In this document: piece by piece, positions 51,260-59,425 of the stretch | How the letters are laid out: the number at the start of each line of letters is the position of its first letter | Numbering within the stretch: the first letter of the stretch is position 1 | From: an uncultured Actinomycetes bacterium | Lineage (GTDB): Bacteria > Actinomycetota > UBA4738 > HRBIN12 | Length of the DNA: 64,000 bases | Direction of reading: 5' to 3' | Assembly: GCA_963796725.1 (NCBI GenBank) | Contig: CAWCMT010000001.1 | Span: forward strand, 756,437-820,436 | Program-made: the position numbers and the translations under genes | Notes under the pieces: generated by a model | Told to the model about the DNA's origin: nothing | Databases searched by the model: none | What the model saw: the letters and a program-made list of their open reading frames with translations, nothing else

Positions 51260-51379
51260 GCGAGGGGAGCAGAACCCACGCGCGAGTCATGCCGCGGGAG
51301 GCATGCTCAGGACCCGGGACGATCGGTTCCCGGCTCCCGAGCACGTGCAGACGAGACGCCTGATACCTGCTCCCCTCGC
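51260..51379. other. About 120-nt structured intergenic element of unknown class (13-bp closing helix with two internal hairpins)
   Basis: GCGAGGGGAGCAG (51260-51272) is the perfect reverse complement of CTGCTCCCCTCGC (51367-51379). Internal hairpins: CATGCC-gcggga-GGCATG (51288-51305) and CCGGGA-cgatcggt-TCCCGG (51314-51333). There is also the palindrome GCACGTGC (51341-51348), and an alternative pairing CGGGAG (51295-51300) with CTCCCG (51334-51339). The element lies in the 266-nt gap between two minus-strand genes. Confidence 0.35.
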
Positions 51380-51408
51380 ATCTTGCCTGGGGCCGGCCAA
51401 CAGGACAG

Positions 51409-52554
51409 CTAAGGCGCGATCCCCGGCACCTCGTACTCGAAGTGCATGCCGTCGGGCACCGTCCAGCTTCCGCCCCAAGTGAACCCGTGGTCCGCCATGA
51501 CGGCGACCAGACGCCGGTCCTCGTGCGGGGGTGCCCCGTAGGGGTTGGCGATCGAGTTGATGTCCACAGCGCCGCCCCACGTGTGGTGCGAGATGGGTCC
51601 GTTCGGGCGCCGCATCACCGTTCGGGCCGAGTAGCAGCCGGCGAAGTTGTGGATCAGCCCGGCCAGTCCGCGACGCCGGAGGTCGTTCATCGCTGCGATC
51701 AGGGCCGGGAGGACCGCCGTGTTGCACGTTGCCCGGCCGAGCAGCGGCACCGAGCGCGTGGCGAGGTGCTGGTGCGCGAAGGCGCCTGACATCTGGAGAT
51801 AGCCGGGACGGCCCGGGAAAGGCCTGGCTGCGAACTCGCCGAACCCTTCTTTCATCAGGATCTGAGGCCAGGTGACGTCGGCCTGGCGGCGGAACCGCGC
51901 CGTGCCGGGCGCCTTCACGCTGATGGGATAGCCGGCGCCGGCCAGCCTCAGGACCCGAGCTGCCAGGGCTGAGCGCGTGGGCGACCCGGCCATCTGGAGG
52001 AGGGCGAACCGAGGCGTCGTGACGCCCAGGGCGACGCCGAGCGGCCGTGGAACCAGCAACTCGCTCCAGGACGCGACCTCGTCGGGGACGATGGCGCCCA
52101 CGATCACCCGCGTGGGGCCGAACACCAGACGGTCGCCGACCTTGAGCCTGCGCAGGGTGGCGCTACGCCGCCCCAGGACCCCCTCACCCCTCGCCAAGGC
52201 GTGCAGCACGGCGTCTCGGTACGCGCGGGGGATGAACGGCACGTAGTCCCTGCCTTTGGCGGCCATCGTGTCGATCGGGATGTCGAACGGCGCCGGAGGG
52301 TCGTCCACCACCGTGCCGTTCCTGCGCACGGAGCGGGTCATCCAGGCTTCATCGCCCGCGACCACGACCGAGCGCTGGAGCCCCTGCATCGACGCGAGCT
52401 TGGACCCGATGCCCACGTGGAACCCGCCGGTGCGCCACACGAGGTAGGCGGGAGGCTGCCACAGGGTGCGCGGGGACGAGGCGTGCGCAACCCCCGGCGC
52501 GAACATCGTCGCGGACAGTGCGAGGGAGCAGAGGGCGACGACGATCCTGCGCAT
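51409..52554 (-). CDS. Secreted M15-family (VanY/D-Ala-D-Ala carboxypeptidase-like) metallopeptidase with a ~250-aa N-terminal domain
   Basis: Signal peptide MRRIVVALCSLALSATMFAPGVAHA. C-terminal motifs: GCYSARTV...SHHTWGGAVDIN...HGFTWGGSWTVPDGMHFEY (Zn ligands H, D, H). Confidence 0.75.
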   Translation of the reverse strand: MRRIVVALCSLALSATMFAPGVAHASSPRTLWQPPAYLVWRTGGFHVGIGSKLASMQGLQRSVVVAGDEAWMTRSVRRNGTVVDDPPAPFDIPIDTMAAKGRDYVPFIPRAYRDAVLHALARGEGVLGRRSATLRRLKVGDRLVFGPTRVIVGAIVPDEVASWSELLVPRPLGVALGVTTPRFALLQMAGSPTRSALAARVLRLAGAGYPISVKAPGTARFRRQADVTWPQILMKEGFGEFAARPFPGRPGYLQMSGAFAHQHLATRSVPLLGRATCNTAVLPALIAAMNDLRRRGLAGLIHNFAGCYSARTVMRRPNGPISHHTWGGAVDINSIANPYGAPPHEDRRLVAVMADHGFTWGGSWTVPDGMHFEYEVPGIAP

Positions 52555-52631
52555 GACCGGGGATCCGTTCGGGTCGGAGACGGTGCAAGGGTACGACCAG
52601 GGCCCGGGAAGGTCACGGCGGGCCCGGTGGA

Positions 52632-52880
52632 TCAGGCGAGCGCGGCCGGGTGCTCCAGCAGATCCGCCAGGCGCTCGGCCCGTTTCGCGGCGGCGGAGGG
52701 TCTTCCGGCGCTGACGTCGACGGCGATCCTCTGTAGCTCCGACTCCACGGAGGGAGACAGGCCTCGCCGCCCACGCACGAGGGGGTCGAGCCGCGCGATG
52801 GCCGACTCCAGCCGCTGGATCACGCCCCGGCTGGGATCGCGACGTTCCCGATACTCGTTGAGGGAGATCACCTGTGCCAT
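52632..52880 (-). CDS. Small hypothetical protein (82 aa)
   Basis: Internal ATG of ORF 52632-53126. MAQVISLNEYRERRDPSRGVIQRLESAIARLDPLVRG...AAAKRAERLADLLEHPAALA, predicted helical. No family recognised. Confidence 0.45.
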   Translation of the reverse strand: MAQVISLNEYRERRDPSRGVIQRLESAIARLDPLVRGRRGLSPSVESELQRIAVDVSAGRPSAAAKRAERLADLLEHPAALA

Positions 52881-52989
52881 GCCGCCACCATAGTGAGCCG
52901 GTCTGACACGCGAAGGTGGGAGATGCGAGTTAACGCCTTGTGCTGTTCGTTCCGGGTGTGCGCCCGGAGCATCTCCCGCCGCCGCCTCG

Positions 52990-54060
52990 CTAGGCCACGC
53001 GCACGCTCGTGACGGGTGCCAGACGCTCGTGGACGCTGAACCAATGGGCGCCGGCGTCCGCCGATCCGAACACATCGCCGCTGGTGGCCCCGAAGTACAG
53101 CCCGAGATCGGCCCCGGAGCCCTCACGGTCGAACGCTTGCCTCAGGACCGTGAGATAGGCCTCGTTCCCCGGAAGTCCCTCACCGAGACCCGCCCACGAT
53201 GCTCCCGCGTCCCGGGTCGCGAACACCCGGACCTGTCCGTCGGGCGTCACGCGGTCGACGTCGGCAACGAGCGGGATCACGAATGCCGAGTCCGCGTCGG
53301 CCGGGTCGATCACCAGGGGGAAGCCGAAACCGCTCGGCAGGCCCTCCGCGATGTCGTTCCACGTGGCGCCGGCGTCATCGCTGCGGTACACGCTGCCGTG
53401 GAACTGCAGGAACATCCGCTCAGGCCTCTCCGGCGCCCGATGCATGTTGTGAACGCACAGGACGTTGGTCCCCTCCTGTGCCTCCTCCGGAAGGTAGCGG
53501 GGCACCAGACCCGGGTAGCCCGTGCGCCAGGTTCCCCCGCCATCCTCGGTGATCCAGACGCCCGCGGCGCTGATGCCGACCGCCAGCCGCTGTGGATCGC
53601 CGGGCCATGGGCAGATCGAATGGAGCGCGAGGCCCCCCGCGCCGGGCTGCCAGTCGCCCGCCACGCGCTCCTTCCACAGGGACTCGTTCAATGACCAGGA
53701 CGCGCCGCCGTCCGTGCTCACGAACAACGAGGCGGGCGCGGCCCCCGCGTACAGCAGGCCTTCGGCCTCGCCAGGCTTGATGATCCAGATGCGATCGATC
53801 GAGGTGTCGGTCCCTTCCGGGAACGCCGGACCCTCCGCCTGCGTCCACTCGCCTTCCGGATCGTCGGTGAACAGGACGCGAGGTCCGTAGAAGCCCGAGG
53901 TCACGCTCGCGAAGTACCTGCCGTTGCGAGGATCGCGTACGGCGAACTCGACGACGTCGCCGGCGAAGGCGCGTGTGGCGATCTCGAACGGCGCCCCGCG
54001 CGCGGGGTCGCCCCGCAGTACGAACAGCCCCTTCTTCGTTCCGACCAGCAGCTCGGTCAT
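52990..54060 (-). CDS. BNR/Asp-box repeat beta-propeller protein (sialidase/xyloglucanase-like fold)
   Basis: 356 aa. Repeated SxDxGxxW-type boxes: STDGGASWS, TEDGGGTWR, SDDAGATWN, TRDAGASWA, SADAGAHWF. The start overlaps the MoaD-like stop by 4 nt. Confidence 0.75.
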   Translation of the reverse strand: MTELLVGTKKGLFVLRGDPARGAPFEIATRAFAGDVVEFAVRDPRNGRYFASVTSGFYGPRVLFTDDPEGEWTQAEGPAFPEGTDTSIDRIWIIKPGEAEGLLYAGAAPASLFVSTDGGASWSLNESLWKERVAGDWQPGAGGLALHSICPWPGDPQRLAVGISAAGVWITEDGGGTWRTGYPGLVPRYLPEEAQEGTNVLCVHNMHRAPERPERMFLQFHGSVYRSDDAGATWNDIAEGLPSGFGFPLVIDPADADSAFVIPLVADVDRVTPDGQVRVFATRDAGASWAGLGEGLPGNEAYLTVLRQAFDREGSGADLGLYFGATSGDVFGSADAGAHWFSVHERLAPVTSVRVA

Positions 54061-54323
54061 GCAACTCCTCCAGAGATCGAGGGGAGGACCTGGACGATGT
54101 CGCCGTCTGCGAGCGGCGCGTTCTCCCCCATGCGTTCCCCGTTGACGAACACGTTGACGTGTGCCCTGATCCGTCCCCGCTCATCGAGGACCCAGCCCAC
54201 GATGCCGGGGTGCCGCCGCTCGAGTTCGAGCAGCGCTTCGCCCACGGTGGCACCGGGGACGTCATGTCGTGCCTTCCCCCCGGCACGATCGCGGAGCGGC
54301 GCACGGAGCGTCACCACCGCCAT
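54057..54323 (-). CDS. MoaD/ThiS-family ubiquitin-like small protein with GG followed by a two-residue tail
   Basis: 88 aa. ...GATVGEALLELERRHPGI...VFVNGERMGENAPLADGDIVQVLPSISGGVA. Beta-grasp-like pattern; the C-terminus is GG-VA. Confidence 0.7.
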   Translation of the reverse strand: MAVVTLRAPLRDRAGGKARHDVPGATVGEALLELERRHPGIVGWVLDERGRIRAHVNVFVNGERMGENAPLADGDIVQVLPSISGGVA

Positions 54324-54400
54324 GCCTCGAAGCCTACCCCGACCCGCCGACGAGGTTCTTCCGGCATGTTGCCTCCGCCTGGTACGGGCCCGTTCGTCCC

Positions 54401-55024
54401 CTATGGCTTCGCGGAGACCGCCCGCCGCAGGATCGTGCGCATGCGAGGCGGGCTCACACGGCTCGGGTCGCTTAGGTAGATCTCGTGGTGCTTGCCGACG
54501 GGCATCAGCCCGCGAGAGGCCATGAAGACCTGGAGCCGCTCCAACGTCCGGCGCTCCGTCTCCCAGGGCCCCGTATGCATCGCCTGGACCGCATGCCCCT
54601 CGGCGAACGTTTCGAAGCGGAGCCGCTCCAGCCCCGGGAGCGACCTGCGTTCAGCCGTGGCTGCGCAGACCTCCTCCACCAGCTCGGCCGCCTCCTGGGG
54701 TTGGCCGATCATCAGGGTCCAATCCCAGTCCGACTTGTCGTTGAAATCCCAGACGCGGGCGTTCGGGATCCACCAGAGCCCCTCGAGCGGCATCACGCGG
54801 TAGTCGATGCCCTCGAGCGCCTTGATCCGGGACTTCAGCCCGTACGCCATCGCGTAGAGCGCCTCGACCGCGTCGCGGAACGCCGGGACGCGATCCGGGT
54901 GGCCGTGACCGTCGATCATCAGGAAGTCGAGCTCGGGGACGTTGATCTCCGACGGGGACCGGTAGGCGCGGTACAGGTCGCCCAGCTCACGCTTCAGATC
55001 GACCTTCGTCGCGGTGCTGGCCAT
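54401..55024 (-). CDS. GyrI-like small-molecule-binding domain protein
   Basis: 207 aa, intact. FLMIDGHGHPD...YRVMPLEGLWW...WTLMIGQP...AVQAMHTGPW...HHEIYLSDP. Confidence 0.7.
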   Translation of the reverse strand: MASTATKVDLKRELGDLYRAYRSPSEINVPELDFLMIDGHGHPDRVPAFRDAVEALYAMAYGLKSRIKALEGIDYRVMPLEGLWWIPNARVWDFNDKSDWDWTLMIGQPQEAAELVEEVCAATAERRSLPGLERLRFETFAEGHAVQAMHTGPWETERRTLERLQVFMASRGLMPVGKHHEIYLSDPSRVSPPRMRTILRRAVSAKP

Positions 55025-55130
55025 CGCGCACCTCCTTCGTCTCCCCCTAGCGTGCGCCCCGCGATGAGTGGGGACCGGGGGCCGGGGGTCCCGGTACGCC
55101 CGGGATGACCGGGACCGTTCGGCCCGCGGA

Positions 55131-56351
55131 TCAGGCGGTGGGGTCCGGCGTGCCGTACTCGAAGTGCATGCCGTCGGGGATCAGGAAGTCCCCGCCCCAG
55201 ATGAAGCCGTGCGCGCGGAAGATGCCGACGATGCGGGGATCCATCGTGGGCGTGGCTCCGTACGGGTTCTCAGGCGCGTTGATGTCGATCGCGGCTCCGT
55301 AAGCGTGCTGCGAAGGCGGGGCCGTCGGCGAGCGGGCGACCGTGCGGGCCGCGTAGCAGCCCGAGTCGGTGTGGATCAGGCTCGCCAGGCCCTGACGCTC
55401 GACGTCGCGAAGCGCGGCGATCAGCGCGGGGAACAGCACGCGGTTGCACGTGACGCGCCCCAACAGGGGAACGGTGAGGGTCTGGATGTGCTGGTCCACC
55501 CACGCGGGATACATGCTCAGGAGGGCCTCGTTCCCGCGTTGCGGGTAGGCGGCGAACTCCCCGAACACCTGCTTCATGACGACTGGGGGGTTCACGCCAC
55601 TGGCCACCCGCATGTACTTGCTGCCCCCGGGGGCCACGACCCGGAGAGGGGTGTCCGCGGGGAGCAGGCTGGAGACCCCTGCGGTGAACGCCGCGCGGTT
55701 CGTCCCCGGGTCGGCCTGGGCGAGGAGGTATCGATCGTCGACGATGCCCAGCTTCGAACCCACCTCGCGTGAGACCAGGAGCTCGCTCCAGCCCACCGCC
55801 CGGTCGGGGACCACCATCCCGACTTCGACGGTGGTGCTGCCGAAGCTGATCGTCCCTCCCGGGCCGAGGCGACGTAGGGCCGCGCTGGATCGCCCGATGA
55901 CAGCTTTGCCCGCCTCCAGGGCCTGCTCGACGTTCCGGCGCAGGTCCTCGGGTAGGAACGGCGCGTACTCCTTCGGATTGACCGCGAACGAGTCAAGCGG
56001 GAAGGCATAGGGCGGCGCGGGACGATCCACTACGTGGCCATGCGCGTCCACCGAGGCGGTCATCCATCGGGTGTCGCCGGCGACGACGACCGAGCGAGAG
56101 ATCCCCGGGAGCGTGCGGACGTGGGCGCGGAAGTCCACCGGGAACCCGCCAGACTCCCAGGCCAGCCAGGCCGGGGGCATCGGGGAGGGGGCGCTCGGCG
56201 ATGGCGTTTCGCGGGGACCTGCCGCGGCCTTGGAAGAGGGATCGCCATGCGGCGCGACCACCAGCACCACGCCCAGCACGGCTAGGAGCAGGGTCACCAG
56301 CGCGACGAAGGCGCGGCGACGACGCGCGGTGGGGAACGTCGATGGCGCCAC
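55131..56351 (-). CDS. Membrane-anchored M15-family metallopeptidase, full-length paralog of 51409-52554
   Basis: The real start is the GTG at 56351 inside ORF 55131-57020 (VAPSTFPTARRRRAFVALVTLLLAVLGVVLVV). It is collinear with the first copy: SVVVAGD..WMT, WSELLV, VPLLGR.TCN, GCYAARTV, SQHAYGAAIDIN, HGFIWGGDFLIPDGMHFEY. Confidence 0.75.
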   Translation of the reverse strand: MAPSTFPTARRRRAFVALVTLLLAVLGVVLVVAPHGDPSSKAAAGPRETPSPSAPSPMPPAWLAWESGGFPVDFRAHVRTLPGISRSVVVAGDTRWMTASVDAHGHVVDRPAPPYAFPLDSFAVNPKEYAPFLPEDLRRNVEQALEAGKAVIGRSSAALRRLGPGGTISFGSTTVEVGMVVPDRAVGWSELLVSREVGSKLGIVDDRYLLAQADPGTNRAAFTAGVSSLLPADTPLRVVAPGGSKYMRVASGVNPPVVMKQVFGEFAAYPQRGNEALLSMYPAWVDQHIQTLTVPLLGRVTCNRVLFPALIAALRDVERQGLASLIHTDSGCYAARTVARSPTAPPSQHAYGAAIDINAPENPYGATPTMDPRIVGIFRAHGFIWGGDFLIPDGMHFEYGTPDPTA

Positions 56352-56461
56352 GGCGCTTGAGCCTACGCCCTTGGGCCCGAAGCTGTGACCGCTGTCACAG
56401 CGTCCGAGCTCTCGCCGTGGCCAGATGTCCGCGTGGAACGGAGTCGAAGTGGACGGGCGAG

Positions 56462-57574
56462 ATGGTGACGAAGGCGGCCAGGGTCGTGGTGGCGCTCGAA
56501 GCGGCCGATGTCGCCGAAGAGGTGATGCATTTCCTGGACCGAAGCGGCGTGGCCCGGGTGGTGGCCACGGCCTCCGACGACCGACAGCTGGAGGCCGCGA
56601 CGCGGCAGACGGAGCCCGACGTCGTGGTGGCCCAGCCCCGGCTCGCCTCGGCGTTCGGCGCGCGTCTGAGGCCGTGGCTGGCGATCGACACCAGGGAGTC
56701 GGTGGCATCGCTCCGAGCGGCCGTGGCCGCCGGCGCCACCGGCTACTTCCTGTGGCCGGGCGAGCGCGAGGCGCTGCTTCAGGCAGTCGCAGCGCGCATC
56801 GCGCGCCAGGAACCGGCCCGTGGGCGGGCGAAGATCGTGGCGATCCACGCGGCCCGCGGCGGTGCCGGGACGACCTTCGTGGCCACGCACCTGGCGGCGG
56901 CGTTCGCTCGCTCGGAGATGGACTGCATCCTCTTGGATCTGGACCCGCTCCACGGCGATGTCGCGGCTGCCCTGGGCGTCCCCGACCAGGGGGTCCACAC
57001 GCTCGGTGAACTGGTCCCACTCGGAGAAGAGCTCGATGTCGACCACCTGCGTGAGGCCCTGTGGAGCCACCCGGAGGGGTTCAGCACCCTGCCGCCGCCG
57101 CCGCCCCAAGAGGCTGCCTCGATCCCCGCAGAGGCACTGAGACCCGTCGTTGAGGCCGCCGCCGCGGGGTGCGAGATCCTCATCCTGCACATGCCCAGGA
57201 CGGTGGGTGAGCTCGACGGGACGCTGGAGGTGGCCACGAGGATCCTCGAGGTGATCAGCCTCGACGTTCTGGCCTTCCGGGCGGCGTCCCGCGCGTTGGA
57301 GGCCGTCGACCCACTCGGCGCCCGCGAACGGGTGGCGTTCGTGGTGAACCGCGCGCAGCGCTCCGAGATCACCCCTGCGGACGTGGAGCGGGTCTTCGGG
57401 GTGCCTCCCCTGGGGGTGATCCCCTCCGACCGCACTGTGGTCCGAGCGCAGGATCACGGTCGGCTCGTTCCCGCGCGCAGCCGGGTCGGACGCGTTCTCT
57501 CCCGTCTGGCCGCCGCATCCATCGCGACGCCGGGTCCTGAGGTCGTCGCCCTCGCAGGTGGTCCGCCGCCCTGA
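56462..57574 (+). CDS. CpaE/TadZ-like protein: receiver-like N-domain + ParA/MinD-type ATPase domain with degenerate Walker A
   Basis: Internal ATG of ORF 56201-57574. VVVALEAADVAEEVMHFLD...PDVVVAQP (receiver-like). IVAIHAARGGAGTTFVATHLA: the deviant Walker A lacks the signature Lys. LLDLD. VVNRA. Confidence 0.65.
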   Translation: MVTKAARVVVALEAADVAEEVMHFLDRSGVARVVATASDDRQLEAATRQTEPDVVVAQPRLASAFGARLRPWLAIDTRESVASLRAAVAAGATGYFLWPGEREALLQAVAARIARQEPARGRAKIVAIHAARGGAGTTFVATHLAAAFARSEMDCILLDLDPLHGDVAAALGVPDQGVHTLGELVPLGEELDVDHLREALWSHPEGFSTLPPPPPQEAASIPAEALRPVVEAAAAGCEILILHMPRTVGELDGTLEVATRILEVISLDVLAFRAASRALEAVDPLGARERVAFVVNRAQRSEITPADVERVFGVPPLGVIPSDRTVVRAQDHGRLVPARSRVGRVLSRLAAASIATPGPEVVALAGGPPP

Positions 57575-57678
57575 CGCCGCTGCCACACGGAACCATCGCG
57601 GTCCGGCGTTCCCTCTTCCTTCATCGCGCGCCTTCGGCGAGGATGCGAGGCTACGGCGAGTGAGAGTCGAGGTGGTCG

Positions 57679-59310
57679 ATGGATCTGAACCTGATGATCA
57701 CGGACGCACGGGTCCTCACGATGGACGGCGCCGGGGGCACCGCCGAGGCCGTGGGGATATCGGGCGAGCGCATCGTGTGGGTGGGTGGCGCGGAGGAGGC
57801 GAAGACGCGGATCGGGTCAGAGACGGAGGTGATCGCAGCGGGCGGCCAGACCCTCCTGCCCGGGTTCATCGACTCGCACAGCCACGTGCGCCTCGGCTCG
57901 AACCCCGACGAGGTCGATCTGGCGGGCGCAGGGACCCTCGAAGAGCTCCGGGCGCGGATCCGGGTCCACGCAGACGCCAGCCCCGACGCGGCCTGGATCG
58001 AGGGCGTCGGATGGAACTACGGCGCGATGCCGGGAGGGCGGCTTCCCACCTGGGCGGATCTCGAAGGGCTCACGGGGGGACGTCCCGCCTTCCTGCTCAG
58101 CTACGACGCCCACAACGTGTGGATGAACCGCGAGGCTATGGCGGCGTTCAACATCTCGCGCGACTCGGTGACGCTCCCGTTCGGTCGCGTGGAGCACGAC
58201 GACGACGGCGAGCCCACCGGCTTCGTGACGGGCTTCGCGGTGATGGGGATCTCTCGGCGCGGCGAGGCCGCGCTCCAGGGGGTGCTCCCCGGTTACGCCC
58301 GCGAGCAGCAGTACGAGCGCACGATACAGAGTTTGGACATGGCGGCCGGCTACGGCATCACCACCGTGGTCGAGCCCCAGAACTCCCCGGACGATCTTTG
58401 GATCTTCGAGCGGGCCAGGGAAGAGGGCCGTCTCCGCTCGCGCCTGGTTGCCGCGATGTTCCACCCCGTGGGTACCTCCGGAGCCGAGATCGCCGAGTTC
58501 GAGGCGGCGCGCGCTCGTTTGAACGACGACCGCCTGCGCGTGGCGCCCATCAAGCTCTACATCGACGATGTGATCGAGCCCTGGACGGCCGCGATGCTCG
58601 AGCCCTACGCGAACCGTCCCTCGGAGCGTGGAGAGCTCTTCTGGGAGCCGGACGAGTTCGCGGATCTGCTGATCGACCTCGAGCGGCGCGGCTTCCAGTG
58701 CCACATCCACGGCACGGGTGATCGCGGCCTCCGGACGGCGCTGGATGCGATCCAGGCCGCACGCATCGCGAACGGACCCGCGGACCGTCGCCACCTGATG
58801 GTGCACACCGAGTGCCTCGACCCAGTGGATGTTCCGCGGTTCCGCGCGCTGGGCGTGATGCCCTGCATGCAACCGCGCCACTGCGCGCCCGAGATCGTTG
58901 CGGACTGGCGGAGCAACGTGGGCCCGGAGCGATGGCGCCATGCCTGGGCGTTCCGCAGCCTCCATGACGCGGGGGCCGAGCTCACGTTCTCTAGCGACTG
59001 GAACGTCGCCGAGATGGACCCGATGGTCGGGATCTACACAGCGCTCACGAGGGCGAACCTCGACGGTAGCGATTCCTGGATCCCCGAGGAGACGCTGGAC
59101 CTCGAGACCACCCTTCGGGCCTACACGATGGGCGGCGCCCGGGCGTGCTTCGCCGAGGACGACCGCGGGTCGATCCAGGTGGGTAAGTACGCGGACCTGG
59201 TCCTGCTGAGCGCCGACCTGGAGCGCGAGAGCGCTGCCGACCCCCGCCGGATCCTCGACGTCCGGGCCGAGGCCACCGTCGTGGCAGGTGAGGTCGTCCA
59301 TCGTACGTGA
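57679..59310 (+). CDS. Amidohydrolase-3 family metal-dependent hydrolase (YtcJ-like)
   Basis: 543 aa, intact. LLPGFIDSHSHV, KLYIDDVIE, HIHGTGDRG, MVHTE, FSSDW. Confidence 0.85.
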   Translation: MDLNLMITDARVLTMDGAGGTAEAVGISGERIVWVGGAEEAKTRIGSETEVIAAGGQTLLPGFIDSHSHVRLGSNPDEVDLAGAGTLEELRARIRVHADASPDAAWIEGVGWNYGAMPGGRLPTWADLEGLTGGRPAFLLSYDAHNVWMNREAMAAFNISRDSVTLPFGRVEHDDDGEPTGFVTGFAVMGISRRGEAALQGVLPGYAREQQYERTIQSLDMAAGYGITTVVEPQNSPDDLWIFERAREEGRLRSRLVAAMFHPVGTSGAEIAEFEAARARLNDDRLRVAPIKLYIDDVIEPWTAAMLEPYANRPSERGELFWEPDEFADLLIDLERRGFQCHIHGTGDRGLRTALDAIQAARIANGPADRRHLMVHTECLDPVDVPRFRALGVMPCMQPRHCAPEIVADWRSNVGPERWRHAWAFRSLHDAGAELTFSSDWNVAEMDPMVGIYTALTRANLDGSDSWIPEETLDLETTLRAYTMGGARACFAEDDRGSIQVGKYADLVLLSADLERESAADPRRILDVRAEATVVAGEVVHRT

Positions 59311-59425
59311 CCGTGGGCGAGCCCGGTCGAGCGCTCGTACGGAAGGTCCCGAGTCCTGAGGGAGGTTCGGCTCCACGCGTCCCGTGAGGTTCTGTGGTAC
59401 CCAACAACTGCGGAAGGAGCGCCTC

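Noticed and set aside
51260-51379. Assignment of the structured element to a known riboswitch class (yybP-ykoY because of GGGGAGCAG, TPP because of CCUGAUAC, Moco because of CUCCCGAGC)
   Set aside because: In each case only one short string resembles the consensus, and the required second conserved block and helix arrangement are missing. It is left as unclassified.
55131-57020. 629-aa reading of the second M15 peptidase
   Set aside because: The first ~220 residues are Pro/Arg/Gly-rich and antisense to the CpaE-like gene. A GTG at 56351 followed by an RRRR-TM anchor gives a protein collinear with its paralog.
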